From: Mycoavidus cysteinexigens
Lineage (GTDB): Bacteria > Pseudomonadota > Gammaproteobacteria > Burkholderiales > Burkholderiaceae
Length of the DNA stretch: 64,000 nt
Reading direction: 5' to 3'
Assembly (NCBI GenBank): GCA_031963465.1
Contig: JASSUG010000003.1
Coordinates: 117,982 to 181,981 of the forward strand
Made by a program: the position numbers and the translations under genes. Under the pieces are notes generated by a model. That model did not search any database, had not been told where the DNA came from, and was given only the letters and a program-made list of their open reading frames with translations. Shown here piece after piece: positions 20,955 to 35,200 of the stretch. Each line of letters starts with the position of its first letter. Position 1 is the stretch's first letter.

Positions 20955-23900
20955 TGAGGGGCTGGCGCGTACTCGGTTGGCTGGTGCCAGGTAGCTTGGC
21001 AATCGCCGCATTGATGGCAGGCGCACTGTTGTATGCCAGCCATACTGAACAAGGAACTCGTTCTCTCTGGCAAATTGCGCGCATGCTGTCGGGCGGCCGT
21101 TTAAGCGGCGCCCTAGACGGCGGCACTCTGGCTAGCGGCTTGCATCTGCAACAACTCGCCTGGCGGGCTAAAGGCAAGCAAATTTATATTGATCGGATCG
21201 ATGGTCAGTGGGGTTTTGCGCGCAAGCCATGGCGCTTGAAAGTAGATTGGCTGCGCATCGGCACGGTGGACGCACATTTTGCCCCTACCCCCAAAACGGC
21301 TAAAACACCGCGCTTGCCATCGCTGCCAAACAAGCTTGCGCTGCCGTTCGCATTTGAGATTCTAGAGTTGCGCGTTGACCGTTTGCGTTTACATCAAGTG
21401 CCGCCAGAGACACCGCGCCTTGCCGATAAAACAGGCAAAGCCAGCGCCGCGGTGACTGAATTCAGAGGGTTGGCTATGCGCGCTCGTAGCGATCGTGATC
21501 GCCATCAGTTTACCGTTGAGCCACTCATCACCCCCTTTGGCGAGCTTAAAGGGGAGGTCCAGCTTGATGCTCGCCAACCTTTTGCGCTGACTGGCGCGGT
21601 TCATTTCTTAAGCCGGCCGCAGCCTAAATCTGTTTGGCCAATCCAACACGTGCATTTGCGTTTATCGGGTTCGCTTGAGCAGATGATCATCGATGTCGAT
21701 GCACTAGGCGCCAAACTGGCAAGCCATGCTCGGATTGAAATCACGCCGCCATTTTCAGCGTCATCTATAGAAGCGGCGACGGAGTTAAAATTTGAATTAT
21801 ATGATAGCGTTTATGCCGGCCTGCCGCTCACCGGCTCGGGCATAGTGCAATTAGGCGCAGAACGCGTTTTGTTAAACTCAGTACAACTCTCGATTGCGGG
21901 CAATATAACGGTTTGGCAAGGTAGCTTAGGCCAGCCAGGCGATCAATTGTGGTTTGAGCTGAATGCGCCTCACCTTGAACGGCTGGCAGCGTTTTACTCT
22001 GGTTTAAGCGGCAGATTCAAAGCAAACGGGCATTTAAGTGGGCATTTTGCCAAGCCTAATATTGTTGCGAGTTATCAAGCTGCGTCGCTTGGCTTGGGCC
22101 AAACTCGCATTGAACAGGCAACAGGGCAGGTCGAGATGCATGAGGCGGCCAATAGCGCCCTCGTATTGAACCTGGATGGGCGTAATCTCGTGATGCCCGG
22201 CGTGACGATGCAAACCCTGAAAGCACGGGTGGCGGGTACGCGCGAGCGCCATCGATTGACTGCACATGCAGTCGGCCAGGCCAGTAAAAAGCCGTTCGAT
22301 CTAAGTATGGCGGCGCATGGCAGCTTACCAAGCACCTTAGCGAAGATGCGTTGGCACGGTACGCTGACCCAGTTTGAAAACCGTGGCTCGCTACTCAATG
22401 TAGCCGCGGGCTTGCCCATTCTACGCCTTGCCGCGCCTGTTGCCATCAGCATCGAGCCTAAACGTTTCAGCCTTGGAGCGATGCAATTAGAGATTGAGCA
22501 AGCCATGCTTGATTTACGCGCATTGGTTTACGAGCCGGGCCTGATTCGTTCAGCAGGAACGCTAAAAGGGATTGATGCGGATTGGTTATTGCGTCTTGAG
22601 CAGGCCTTGACCGGTAAGATGGATACGTTCAAAACCGACCTTGTCTTGGATGGTGATTGGGATTTTTCATTAGGCGAGAGAGCGACTGGCTATGCACAAT
22701 TGATGCGGCGAACCGGCGATGTCAGGCTTAATGCTAGCCGGAAATTCACCGCGCTGGGCCTTGATCACCTGTCAGCGCGCGTCGATTTATCTGGTCGGCG
22801 GCAGGCGCATCTCAACCTGCGCGCACACGCTGCGCGGCTTGGTGCATTAGAGGCGAATTTACATTCATCATTGAGTTTAAATCAGGGCCAGTTGTCGATT
22901 GCGCCCGAGGCGCCGCTGTCAGGACGGATCGCCGTGTCGCTGCCTTCGCTCAAAACCATGAGCGCTTTGCTTGGTCCGCAATATGTGTTTGAGGGGCGTT
23001 TAGCGATGGACTTGACTCTGGCCGGACAGATTGCCAAACCTAAATTGTCGGGCCTATTAAGCGGTGATGACCTAGCCGCCAACTTGCTCGATGATGAGAT
23101 TGCATTGACGCGAGGCATTGTGCGCATTGCGCTATCTGAGAATCGGGTTGATTTCCGGCCGGTTGAATTTCATGGTGTGGAAGGTACCCTGCGAATTCTT
23201 GGGAGCATTGCACTGGATCATGTCAATCCTGCTTTATCGGCCAAGATCGTCGCGGATAAATTCGAACTCTTTGCTACGCCAGACAAACAGTTATCCCTCT
23301 CTGGCCAGGCCGTGCTCGCCAATCATGATGCCGCAGGCGGATTAGCGATCGACGGCGACTTTAAGATAGATCATGCGCTGTTTGATTTACCGGCCACGTC
23401 AGCACCGAAACTGGCCGATGATGTGGTGATTATTCGCGCCAATGACGAGCTAGCAGGGGCCGCACTGAACCTTGTCGCGCCAGATGGCGAGCGCTCCGCC
23501 GGCCGTTTTTTGCCGGCGGCAAAAATCAATATCGATCTCGGCCGTGATTTTCGTTTTCATGGCGCTGGCGCAGATTTAAAACTGCGCGGCAAATTAGGCG
23601 TAAGCAGTGAATTTAAGCAACCACTCCATGCCGTTGGCGATATTCGGGTTGCTCAGGGTTCAACCTATGAAGCATTTGGTCGCAAGCTTGCGATTGAAAA
23701 TGGCTATTTTGGATTTAATGGACCGATTGCTAATCCAAGCATTAATGTTCTCGCGATGCGGCGTAATCAGGAAGTTGAAGTTGGCGTGCAGGTCAGCGGT
23801 ACCTTACGTATGCCGAACGCACGGTTGGTTTCAGAACCCAATTTACCAGATAGTGAAAAAATTTCTTGGCTGCTATTTGGCCATGGCAGCAGTGACAGCA

Positions 23901-24214
23901 TGAATCTGGGGCAAACCAATACCACCGCGGCAGCCTTTGCATTACTAGGCGGCGTTGGCGGCAAGCGGATCGCGCAAACGATGGGCCTCGACGAATTTTC
24001 GATTGGTCAAAGTGAGGCCGGGCTAACTGATCCGCAGGTCGCTAACCTTGCCAAGGCGCTGAATGAACGTTTTGTCCTGGGCTATGAGCAAGGGCTCACA
24101 ACCGCGGCCAGCATTTTCAAAGCGACTTGGCAATTTTCGCGCAGTTGGTCACTGACGGCCCATACTGGAACGCTGAATGGCATTGATTTGCTCTTTAACC
24201 GGCGCTTTGATTGA
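20954..24214 (+). CDS. tamB: translocation and assembly module protein TamB (DUF490)
   Basis: 1086 aa. N-terminal membrane anchor, long beta-rich body, and C-terminal DUF490-like end ([14 protein letters not shown]...[11 protein letters not shown]). Confidence 0.8.
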   Translation: MRGWRVLGWLVPGSLAIAALMAGALLYASHTEQGTRSLWQIARMLSGGRLSGALDGGTLASGLHLQQLAWRAKGKQIYIDRIDGQWGFARKPWRLKVDWLRIGTVDAHFAPTPKTAKTPRLPSLPNKLALPFAFEILELRVDRLRLHQVPPETPRLADKTGKASAAVTEFRGLAMRARSDRDRHQFTVEPLITPFGELKGEVQLDARQPFALTGAVHFLSRPQPKSVWPIQHVHLRLSGSLEQMIIDVDALGAKLASHARIEITPPFSASSIEAATELKFELYDSVYAGLPLTGSGIVQLGAERVLLNSVQLSIAGNITVWQGSLGQPGDQLWFELNAPHLERLAAFYSGLSGRFKANGHLSGHFAKPNIVASYQAASLGLGQTRIEQATGQVEMHEAANSALVLNLDGRNLVMPGVTMQTLKARVAGTRERHRLTAHAVGQASKKPFDLSMAAHGSLPSTLAKMRWHGTLTQFENRGSLLNVAAGLPILRLAAPVAISIEPKRFSLGAMQLEIEQAMLDLRALVYEPGLIRSAGTLKGIDADWLLRLEQALTGKMDTFKTDLVLDGDWDFSLGERATGYAQLMRRTGDVRLNASRKFTALGLDHLSARVDLSGRRQAHLNLRAHAARLGALEANLHSSLSLNQGQLSIAPEAPLSGRIAVSLPSLKTMSALLGPQYVFEGRLAMDLTLAGQIAKPKLSGLLSGDDLAANLLDDEIALTRGIVRIALSENRVDFRPVEFHGVEGTLRILGSIALDHVNPALSAKIVADKFELFATPDKQLSLSGQAVLANHDAAGGLAIDGDFKIDHALFDLPATSAPKLADDVVIIRANDELAGAALNLVAPDGERSAGRFLPAAKINIDLGRDFRFHGAGADLKLRGKLGVSSEFKQPLHAVGDIRVAQGSTYEAFGRKLAIENGYFGFNGPIANPSINVLAMRRNQEVEVGVQVSGTLRMPNARLVSEPNLPDSEKISWLLFGHGSSDSMNLGQTNTTAAAFALLGGVGGKRIAQTMGLDEFSIGQSEAGLTDPQVANLAKALNERFVLGYEQGLTTAASIFKATWQFSRSWSLTAHTGTLNGIDLLFNRRFD

Positions 24215-25895
24215 GTGAACCCTGGTTAGCCGCTAATAGCGCCTCAATTTGCTTAGCTTCAACGCGTGTCATTAAATGCTGATACGGTTGCAGCGGCTGC
24301 TTAGCCGTGAGCGGAGTTAAATCATGCGACCAGGCCAGGGGGCCAATGCCAAGAAAAGCCTCAACTTTAGCGGCTAAGCCCGGTAAAACAGGTTTGAGCG
24401 CAAGCGTGAGCAAGCGGAACGCTTCTAAACTGACACTACATGTTTCATGTAATGGGGTTGTTTGGGTAGGGTCTTTCGCCAGACTCCAGGGCTTGGTTGT
24501 ATCAATATAAAGATTGACTGCATCGGCTTGTTCCATGGTGATGCGTAAGGCGCGCGCGCTATCGCGGCTTTCGTAGTGGGCGGCAATGGTCGGCAGCGCG
24601 GTGCGTAGTTGCACCAGTAATGGATGATGCATGGCGCTGTCTAGTACGCAACCATTAAAGCGCTTAGCTAAAAAACCAGCCGTGCGGCTGGCAATATTGA
24701 CATACTTACCCACCAAGTCACTATTGACACGCAGGATGAAGTCATCAAAATTCAAGTCAAGATCTTCTAGCGATCCATTCAGCTTAGTCGCGAAATAATA
24801 GCGCAGCCATTCTGGATCGAGTCCTGCTTGAATATAACTATGTGCAGTAATGAAGGTACCGCGTGACTTCGACATTTTTTGCCCATCGACGGTCAGAAAA
24901 CCATGCGCAAAGACATTGGTTGGCGTGCGATAACCGGAAAACTCTAGCATCGCTGGCCAAAACAACGTATGAAAATATAAGATATCTTTGCCAATAAAAT
25001 GATACTGCTCAGCGGTGCTACCGGGTTTAACCCAAGCATCAAAATCCAGTCCCCGTTGATCGCATAACGCTTTAAAGCTTGCATAATACCCAAGCGGTGC
25101 ATCAAGCCAGACATAAAAATACTTACCTGGCGCATGCGGAATCTCAAAGCCAAAGTAGGGTGCGTCGCGTGAAATATCCCAATCAGCGAGTTGCGTGGTA
25201 TGACCGTCTTGACTCTCTGCGCCGCTACCCAACCATTCGCTCATCTTATTGCGGGCTTCAGGCTGCGCTAGCTGGGCCACCCATTGCCGCAGAAAATTTT
25301 CGCAGCGGGGATCGGAGAGCCGGAAAAAATAGTGAGTTGAAATTTTGCGGATCGGCGTCGCGCCGGAAACCACTGAATAAGGGTTCACCAGTTCGGTGGA
25401 TTGATAGGTCGAGCCGCATACTTCGCATGAATCGCCATACTGATCTTGAGCCTGACATTTGGGGCAAGTACCCTTAATAAAACGGTCAGGCAAAAACATC
25501 GAGCGGACTGGATCATACGCTTGCTCGATCTCGCGTGTATCGATTAAGCCAGCGTCCGCCAGGGTCAGATAAACTTGCTCACAAAGCTGTTGGTTGGCCG
25601 CGGAATCGGTTGAATCATAATGATCAAAAGAAATCCCAAAGTCATCGAAATCCCGTTTGTGCTCAGCCCAAACTCGTTTGATCAAGGCTTGCGGCGTGAT
25701 CCCCTCTTTTTCTGCGCGTAGCATAACGGGTGTGCCGTGCGTATCATCGGCCCCTACGTAGTACACCTGATGGCCATGCATACGCAAGGCTCGAGCCCAA
25801 ATATCGGTTTGTATATATTCAACTAAGTGACCAAGATGAATTTGGCCGTTGGCGTAGGGCAGGGCAGAAGTGACAAGAATGCGGCGAGTGGGCAT
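24195..25895 (-). CDS. metG: methionine--tRNA ligase, short form without the C-terminal tRNA-binding appendix
   Basis: 566 aa. HLGH, zinc knuckles CPKC...CEVCG, KMSKS. It ends just after the anticodon-binding domain. 20-nt convergent overlap with tamB. Confidence 0.92.
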   Translation of the reverse strand: MPTRRILVTSALPYANGQIHLGHLVEYIQTDIWARALRMHGHQVYYVGADDTHGTPVMLRAEKEGITPQALIKRVWAEHKRDFDDFGISFDHYDSTDSAANQQLCEQVYLTLADAGLIDTREIEQAYDPVRSMFLPDRFIKGTCPKCQAQDQYGDSCEVCGSTYQSTELVNPYSVVSGATPIRKISTHYFFRLSDPRCENFLRQWVAQLAQPEARNKMSEWLGSGAESQDGHTTQLADWDISRDAPYFGFEIPHAPGKYFYVWLDAPLGYYASFKALCDQRGLDFDAWVKPGSTAEQYHFIGKDILYFHTLFWPAMLEFSGYRTPTNVFAHGFLTVDGQKMSKSRGTFITAHSYIQAGLDPEWLRYYFATKLNGSLEDLDLNFDDFILRVNSDLVGKYVNIASRTAGFLAKRFNGCVLDSAMHHPLLVQLRTALPTIAAHYESRDSARALRITMEQADAVNLYIDTTKPWSLAKDPTQTTPLHETCSVSLEAFRLLTLALKPVLPGLAAKVEAFLGIGPLAWSHDLTPLTAKQPLQPYQHLMTRVEAKQIEALLAANQGSLNQSAG

Positions 25896-26236
25896 AGGGG
25901 CGTTGAATCAGGCAAAGCATAGATTTTAACAAAGCCCGAGGGTACCGAGTGTGATTTAAGTTGCTCGGGTCATGCGTGTCCTTAGTAAATAACTTCAGAT
26001 CGCACATCCAAGTGTCGAAGGATATGATCAAAAAACCGGCCGGGCTGGGCGCGCTTACTTTAACCTCGGACTAGAAGTCGTTGCGGGTGAGGATTAAAGC
26101 ATCGAGAGAAAGCCTTAGAAAATCAAATTTATTAAAAATATTATTTAAATAAATGAAATTATCATACAATTAAAATTAAAAAATTATTTGGTATATTAAA
26201 AAACATCATTTAAAATCCTTAATTAATTATTATTAA

Positions 26237-29200
26237 ATGGGGTGGATGATGTTAAAACCAATCAATGGCGTTTCGATTCAACACATTCGATCTGCTTCTA
26301 TTACCACTAACAGACAAGAGCCAATAACACCCCACTCTCGTGAGGAAGCAGACTCGCCGACGCTGAATACCGCCCAGCCCAATGCGGCAGGCATTTTATA
26401 TAACCAACACGCAAATTTCAACGTGGATGCACCCGGCGTCATTTTGCAGAACGGCTCGACTGTTCGGATTATTTTGCATCATGTGATCGGGCGCACGCTT
26501 TCGCAACTGAATAGCGTGATAAAAATCGCCGGGGAGCCGGCTCAATTGGTTTTTTCCAATGCTAACGGCATTGATTGTTGGGGATGTAATTTTCTCAATA
26601 CCAAACATCTGGTGCTCACCACCGGCGAGCCTATTTTAAATAGTAATGGCGATCTTCAGGCCTTTCGCGTAAAGGCAGGTCAAATTACGATCAAAAGCAA
26701 CACGACACTCAAACAGTTTGAGCAAATTGACCTGATTGCGTACTCCATTCAAGTAGAGGGAGAATTGTCCGCCAATAAGATCAACATGAGCACGGGGACG
26801 CACGAAATCAATTACGTGGATACGGGGCTGCCCACGATCACGCGGCGACAGGAACTATCCATCGCAAGTAGCGAGACCAACCAGAGTTCGCGCCGCGCGA
26901 GTAGCTTGCAATTCATTGAGACAGCGAGAGTGTGGGCTAAAAAGCATCTGAATATTCAAGCTGATACGCTAGATAATGCCAGCCATCGGGTTCAATCAAA
27001 CGGTGATTTAACCGTCAAAGCGGTCAGTTTTACGGGTGCGGGAACGCTGAGCGCGGCGCTTGATCTTGCCGCAGAGTTTGAAGAAGACTACACCCATAAA
27101 AATCAATTGAGTGCAGGCCGTCATCTATCGATTTCGACGCCTAAGCGCTTAATCAATCAAGGCACCATACAAACTCAAGGTGAAGTTACACTGGAGGCAA
27201 CAGAGCTTGAGAATCAAGCAAAGTCTTTGATAGATGGCGTTCATCTTACGCTCAAAGCAGGAGGGTCGCTTAGAAACCACGGCGTGATTCAAGGTGGCAG
27301 CATAGCCATCGACGCACCAAGCTTGGTCAATGATGGTACGAATCATACCGAGGAACATCAAGCTGGAGCAATATTGGCGCAGCGCCAGCTTACAATTCAA
27401 GCACAGACTCTGCGCAACCAAGAACACGGATTAGTGCGTAGCGATGGCGAACTGACTATAGGAGATGCCCTCGGTACCCAACGCAAATTGACTGACTCAA
27501 CACAAGAGTTGGTGAATTCCGGCTCTTCTATGATTGAGTCAAGAGGAAAACTCTCGATCCAAGTGAGTCTGTTAGACAATCAAAAAGGACAAATCACAGC
27601 ACATTCTGACCTTATCCTAAGCAGTCAAGCCATTCTAAACCAAGAGGGGCGCATAGAAGCTCAAGGGGAGCAAAGCGTGTTCGATGTTTACACCGCTGCG
27701 ATAAATAATACTTCTGGATGGCTGCTTCATACAGGAACCGGGCAGACTCAGATTGTTGCGCGTGTAACGATAGCGAATTTCAATACTAAAGCGATAACAG
27801 GAGCTGGGTTAATCTTTGGTAAAGGTCCACTTACTATTCACTCTCCCGAAATAATAAATTACGAAGGGGGAGCAATTATTTCGGATCAAATGCTCAAAAT
27901 AAAAACTCCCTACTTGGGCAATCAATTGAGCACCTTATCGGCTGGCCAGAAACTAGAGATTGACACCGATAAATTACAGAATGTAGGAGGCTTGATAACT
28001 GTTGGCGAGCATGAGAAATTCAAGGCGGAGGCTGCCCATAGCGTACCAAGTCTAGCCCGTCACGCTCCTGACTTAGGCGTACTTGAAGTGAATGCTCAAG
28101 AAGTCATTAATACTGCACATAAGGGTGAAAAAGCCAAAGGCAGTTTAATTCGTGTTCAAGGCAAGGTAGTGATGAAAGCAGAGAAAATCTACAATGCGAA
28201 TAAAAGTCAGATTTTAGGGAAGGAGGTGGATCTGAACGCAAAAGAACTCTTCTCCAACGATGCGAGCACGGTGTACGCAAGCGACACGTTTTCGTTGAAG
28301 ACCCATCGCCTTGTCAATTTAGGTAAAGGGATTTTGCAAAGTGAGGGTAAGTTCCATATTTCAGTGAATGATGAGTTGGGCAATCTGAAAGGGCACATCA
28401 TAGCGAGCTCAGATCTTGTTCTGAAAAGTAAAGTACTGGACAATCAAGAAGGCCATATAGAAACCAGGGGAGATCAAAGCGTATTGGACGTGCAGGTCGA
28501 CCTGATTAACAATGCCTCTGGCCAGTTGCTGAATACAAGTGCAGGACAGACTCAAATTGTGGCGCGTCAGAAAATGCTGAATCGCAATATGGATGCAGTA
28601 GAAGGGCGGGGATTCATTTTCGGCAAAGGCCCTGTGAGTGTCACCTCTGCTGAAATAGTCAATGATAAAGGAGGGGTCATTTTTTCGAACCAAATGCTCG
28701 AAATAAAAGCTGCCGACTATGTGTACAATAAATTTGCTACCTTATCGGCCTACCAAAAAATCGACATTAACACCCCTAGCTTAAACAACTACGCTGGAGG
28801 ACTCATTAGTGTAGGAACGGAAGAAGCTGCCAAGACGGCGACCTCGACTGGCGTCCATAGTCCGGACAACCTTACCCATCACGCGGGCGTGCTTACAGTC
28901 CATGCGAAGCAAGTGCATAACATCCTGGATAAAGGCGAGACGCAAGGTGGTCTGATCCGTTTGCAGGGCAAGGTCGAGATGGCGGCAGACAAAATCTTCA
29001 ATGGAAATAAAAGTCAGATTTTAGCGAAAAATGTGAGTTTGAATACAAAAGAACTTTTTTTCGACGTTGGCGGTACGGTATTTGTAAGCGATACATTGGA
29101 TTTAATTGGACACATTTTCAAAATAAAGGGCGAAGTACAGGCGAAGAGTATTCACCTGCTGAGCGGAGTTAGCCAAGTGTGTGGCACGGAGGCACATTCT

Positions 29201-32200
29201 TGGAAGAGTACAGCCAATACAGAGTTTCCTGACAAGGAAGCGCAATTTAGTCAAAGCTGGATGACTGTATTCCAACAGGCTAAAATGTATGTTAGCGGCA
29301 ATCTATCGATTTCGAGTTCGGGTAGCTTACTGAATCAAGGGGAGTTAAAAATAGAGGGCGATATTTCGCTTAAGGCGAGATCCCTAGAGAATCAAGCAAG
29401 CGCTGTGATCGACGGACGATTTCTGACGTTAATCCTACACGATCAGCTTAGAAATGATGGAGTAATCCAAGGCAGCACCGTGGTTATCAGTGCGCAGAGC
29501 CTGGCCAATGATGGTAGCGAGGATACCGATGAACATCAAGCTGGGGCAATCATGGCGCGCCGCCAACTTACCATTGGAGCGCAGACTCTACACAACCAAA
29601 AACATGGCTTAGTACATAGCGATGGAGAATTAACCATAGGTGGCTTCCTCAATGCTCAGTACAAAGTAGAAGGTTCAGCACAGACTCTAAACAACACCAC
29701 GTCTTCCACCATTGAATCGAGAGATAAGCTATTGATCCAAGTCAATCATTTCGACAATCAAAATGGGCAAATCACAACGAGTTCGGACCTTGTCCTGAGG
29801 AGTAAAGTTCTCAACAATACGCACGGCCATATAGAAGCCAACGGTGATCAAAGTGTATTGAATGTGCAGGCAGACACGATTGACAATACCTCAGGCCGAC
29901 TGCTTCATACTGGCATAGGACAGATTCAAATCCTGGCTCACGATTCAATTGTGAACCGTAATGCAGAAGGGGTAAAAGGGGCGGGTTTCATTAGTGGTAA
30001 AGGTCCTGTTACCGTCACCGCTCCTCAAATATCAAATGATGAGGGCGGGACATTTTTTTCGAACCAATCGCTCGAAATAAAATCTGCCACCTTATTGGAC
30101 AACCAAGGCACTTTGCACGGTAAGGATCACGTTTGGATCGAGGCTAAAGCGATAAGCAACGGTATAAGCCGAAAGACTGAAGTGACTGGAGAGCCTGAAG
30201 AGCCTGAAATGGCTCTATTGAGCGCATTGTCTCAATTAACTAACCAATTAAGCAAGATGATACAGGGGGATTTTCAGCCGAATGAGTTTAAAAACCCCGA
30301 GTATTTGATTACTGGCAATAAGATTTCAATAAGCGCGCATGATGGCTTGATCAATACGAATGCCGTGATCTTCGCGCAAAACAGTCTCGAGATCGGTGCC
30401 AAGTGCATTAACAATTTCGAACAAGGCATACTCTATAGCGGCGGTAATCTGACTATTGGCGGTCAGTTTGATACTCAGTTCAAAGTAACGGGCGTCAGTG
30501 AGCATGTTTTCAATTATGGATCAACGATAGATGCGCTAGGCGACCTTGTGATCAATTCAGAAACGTTGCTCAATGCAAACAGGAAGTTCAAGACCGAAGA
30601 ACAGGTCATTGAACAGCGAGATATACATGAATGTCATGATCACCATACCAACCAACGCTACGATGGATCTCAAATCGGATGGCATGGTGACGTAGGGGGC
30701 CTTTACCGTGTGCACCACTCCGGTGTAGAAATTTTTTGTTTTACCAACTATAGCTTTACCCGTCGTGTGTCAACGACTGTGGTCACGCACAGCGAGCCCG
30801 GTAAAATTCAAGCGGGTGGGGAGATCCGCTTATCGGGAGCGGTCATTAATGATAAAAGCCGGATTATTGCCGGGGGAGCGCTCAGTGACCTCGAAGGTGG
30901 AGCGGCTCAGATTAATAACCGTGATGCCAACGGTCAGCGTGTCACCACCGATCAGGGAACATCGCAATGGTCAGACAGAGACTGGCATGGTGGAATGTTT
31001 AGTCGGGGCTGGAGTCGTGATTGGAGCGGGCACGTACCCTACCATCCAGCTCCGGTGGTAGAACACCACAATTTGAATGTAGCCGTCTCTCAACAACACA
31101 CTGCGGTTGACCATCAAGCGCCCTCTACAGCGCTAGTGCGCACCTCTGCCCTAACAAGCAGCAGCCCTTTTTTGAATAGTGGCTTACAGCACTTTCAGCT
31201 CGATCCTGCTCAACCCTATCTGATTCAAACCGATCCCCGTTTTACGCGCAACAGCGATACCGTTTCTAGCAATTTTTTACTGAGCTTACTCAATCTCGAC
31301 CCCCAACGCGTCCCAAAGCGCTTAGGGGATGGCTTTTATGAACAGCAACTGATTCGCGATCAGATTATTGGTTTGACAGGTCACTATTATCTATCTGGCT
31401 ATCGAAACCAAATTGCTGAATTCAAAGCTTTAATGCATCGAGGCGCAAATTGGGCCAAACAGCATAATCTGACGCTAGGCATCGAGCCCACGCCGCAGCA
31501 AATTGCCGCTTTAACCGCGAGTCCAGTCTGGATGGTGAATCAACGCGTTAAATTACCGGATGGCTCAGAACAGACGGTCTTGATGCCCAAAGTCTATCTG
31601 GCTAACAGAGATGTCAGTCCAATTCCGTTGGGCGGCTCGCTGATTTCAGCCAACACCATTGAACTGCATAGCGATCATCCCCTAAAAAATGCCGGCACGA
31701 TGATCAGCCGCGGTAAGATGGCTCTCACTGCACGCAATATTGATAACCAGCGCGGCGCAATCGTCAGCTTGGACACCCTCTCGATACAGGCGAGCCATAA
31801 TATCGATAGCCGTGCTGGCCAGCTGATTGCCGTCAAAAAAATGACTTTAAAAGCTGGACAGGATCTCCACCTGCAGAGCCAAACCTATACGACCCACGCC
31901 GCCAGTGGCAGCCAGACAGCGCTGGATGGGGTCACCGAAGTTCGAGCCAAGCAATTAGACGCGTATGCCGAATCGGACATTCATCTGGCGGCGACTCAAA
32001 TCAAGGTGGATGAAAACGCCCGTTTAGAAGCCAAAGGGGACCTCACACTAGGTACAGCCACGGTAAGCACCCAACACCAATTAACCTGGGATGAACGCAA
32101 TAGCTTAAGCCTAAGCAGAAAAACAGAAATCGGCACGCAAATTGAAACGGGCGGCTCACTTGAACTTAAGTCGGGCCGGGATATCTATGCGCCTGGCGCT

Positions 32201-35200
32201 TACGTGAATGCTGGCAAAGGACTTTCTGTCAAAGCGGATCGAGATATTAACGTGGAGGCAGCCTATGAAGAGACGGATTTTGAGGAATCTCATTATCATG
32301 AGTCGAGCAATTTCTTCTCCTCGTCGAGTGAACTCACGCAAAACAAACTGTATAGAAAACAAGCATTGAGCAGCACCTTATCCGGCGGCACGGTACAGAT
32401 AGAAGCCGGACATGACCTGAATATCATGGGTTCAAACGTGATCGGGATGCACGATGTGGATCTCTATGCTGCCAACGATATCCAGCAAAAAGCGGTCGAG
32501 CAAGCTGAGAGAGGCCGGCACTATTCCGTTAAAGAACGCTCAGGCTTATTAGATAGCGGGCAATTCGGAATGACTGTGGGCACGCGGACACAAACAGATA
32601 CTCAAGAAAATGAGCACACGCCCCAGATTGGCTCGGTAATCGGCAGCGTATCCGGCCATGTCAGAGCCATTGCCGGCCGTGAATACAAGCAAAGTGGCAG
32701 TCAGCTGGTTGTGCCGACAGGCGATATCCAGATTCAGGCTGGCAAGGCCAAGATCGATGCGTCCTATGAGGAGAGCCGGGTCTGGCAGCGCAGTGAATGG
32801 CAGCAATCGGGTTTGACGGTTTCGGTCAGCGCGCCCGTGCTTGCAGCGGCACAAACGAGTCAGCAGATGCTACAGGCCAGTACCCAAGTCAGTGATCCAC
32901 GGATGCAGGCGTTGGCGGCAGGCGCAGGTGCACTGGCGATGAAAAATGCCTACGATGCGATCCAGGCGGATCCCAAAGCAGCGGGTGGCGCGACAGTGAA
33001 CGTGATGATTGGCGAAGATCATTGTGAAACAGAGCAGACGCAACTGAGCAAGACGGCGCTGAACAGCACGCTGGCGGCAGGGGGAAATATATCGATCCAG
33101 ATCGGTGGCTTAGGAGAAGAATCCACGCTGGACCTGATTGGCGCTCGCATAGAAGCAAAACAGGAGATTACGCTTAACGTAGAAGGTCGACTGAATGTGG
33201 AGGCTGCGCCGAATAGCTTGATTGAGCAGAGTCAGCAGCAGAGCCGGAGTGTTGCCGTGGGGATGGCGGCAACGCTTGGCAGCCAGAATTCAGTGGGGGC
33301 CTCGCTGGCGGTAAGTGTTGGGCATGGCCATGCAGATGGGGCGCAAATCAGCTATACGCCGACCTTGATCCAGGCGGGTGGCAAGCTGACGCTTAATGCA
33401 CAAAGCGATGTGCGCCTAAAAGGCGCGCAGATAGCTGGAGCGCAGGTCAAAGCGCAGATTGAGGGCGATCTTGAAATAGACAGTGTGCAAAACACGGCAA
33501 CTTACCGTAGCCACTCTCAAAGTATCAGTGGCAGCGTAACAGTAGGTCCTGTCTCAGCGGCCAGCCTGCATTTCTCGCAACGTAGGATGGACAGTCGTTA
33601 TCTGAGCGTGGCGGAACAAGCGGGGATTCAAGCGGGAGAAGGGGGCTTTCAGATAACCGTTAAAGGGGATACGAAGCTTGTCGGTGGCGTGATTGCAGGG
33701 GCTGAGCAGGCAGTACGGGAAGGCAGGAACACCCTGCTTACAGGAACCTTGCACCAGACTGATCTGACGAATCAAGCGAGCTATGATGCAAGCAGTATCA
33801 GTTTAGGTGGCGGGTACAGTAAAAGTGGCAAAGGGGTGGGCTCGAAGCAATCAGGAGAAGTGACAACGCCTGCTCATAGCGGCAATCAACTGGCAAGCCG
33901 GGGTGGGATGAGCGCTGCGATACCGATTGTGATGAGTGCTTCGGGTCAGGCACAGTCTACAACCCGCAGTGCGATTAGCGGTGCGGAGATTGTGATTACG
34001 GATGAGGCCCGGCAAATGGAGTTGACGGGTCAAAGCGCGGCAGAGACGATTGCCAGCCTGAACCGGAATTCGGCACACAGTCATCAAGCGTTAGCGCCGA
34101 TTTTTAACCGGACTGAGATTGAGGCTAGCTTTGATATCGTCAATGCATTAGGTCGGGAAGCGGGTACCTTTATCGCCAATAGAGGCAGAGAAGCGGATCA
34201 TAAGCTTGAGCGAGCCAAAAATATAGAGACGCAGGCCAATGATGAGTCTATGTCTGTAGCGCAGCGGCAAGAATTGCTGGCAGCCGCGGCTGAATTACGT
34301 GCGCAGGCACAGACTTTGAATAAGCAATGGGGAGCCGGAGGGAGCTACCGTCGCATCGTCACTGCGCTGACGGCAGCGGCAGCAGGCAATGTGACTGGGA
34401 CCACCGCGCAATTTACCCAAGCGGCGGCGCTCAACTATTTGCAAAGCTTGGGTGCCGAAAAAATCAAGCATATTGCAGATAGCCTGCATGATGAAACGGC
34501 GCGTGCTGCCTTGCATGGGGCATTGGCTTATGGCGGCGCAGTCGCACGGGGGCAATCGGGTGGCGCAGCGGCCTTGGGCGCGAGTGCAAGTGTATTAGTA
34601 AATACTCTATTAGGTCCTGTAGAAGGCGAGTCTGAAGAGGAGAAAGAGGCGCGCAAGAATATAGTTACTAGCCTAGTGGCGGGGTTTGCGGATGTAGGAG
34701 GGGTTGATGCGACATCCGCGCAGACTGCGGCGCAGATTGAAACAGAAAATAATGCGATGGTGCTGGCGGCACCGTTATTGGTCACCCCACCTGGACTTGC
34801 TTTATTAGGTTTATTAGGCGCGGTGGCTACAGGTGCGGTGGTGGTGAAAGGCGCCATGGATTATTATGAAGAGTATAAAGAGCGGGCAAACAATACTAAG
34901 CAGCCTGGAGAGGACGATAATCAGTTAGTACAACAGGCTCCGGCGCCAATGTTCACGCTTATTATGGAACCGCCGCAGTCGTCCCTGATTCCCGGCACGG
35001 CATGGCATCCGGATGAAGAAGTGCTGCTTGGAGGTAAGCCTAATCAATCTGGGGAGCATGTCCTTCAGCCTATAGAGACGCCCAGGGAGGTTCAATCAGC
35101 AGCAGGTAATGCGCTGGAGAATCCGATTGCCGAGCCGTTGACTATACTTGACACGGTCAAATATAGTAAGGGGACGAAGAATGCGAATAGAGACAAGGAT

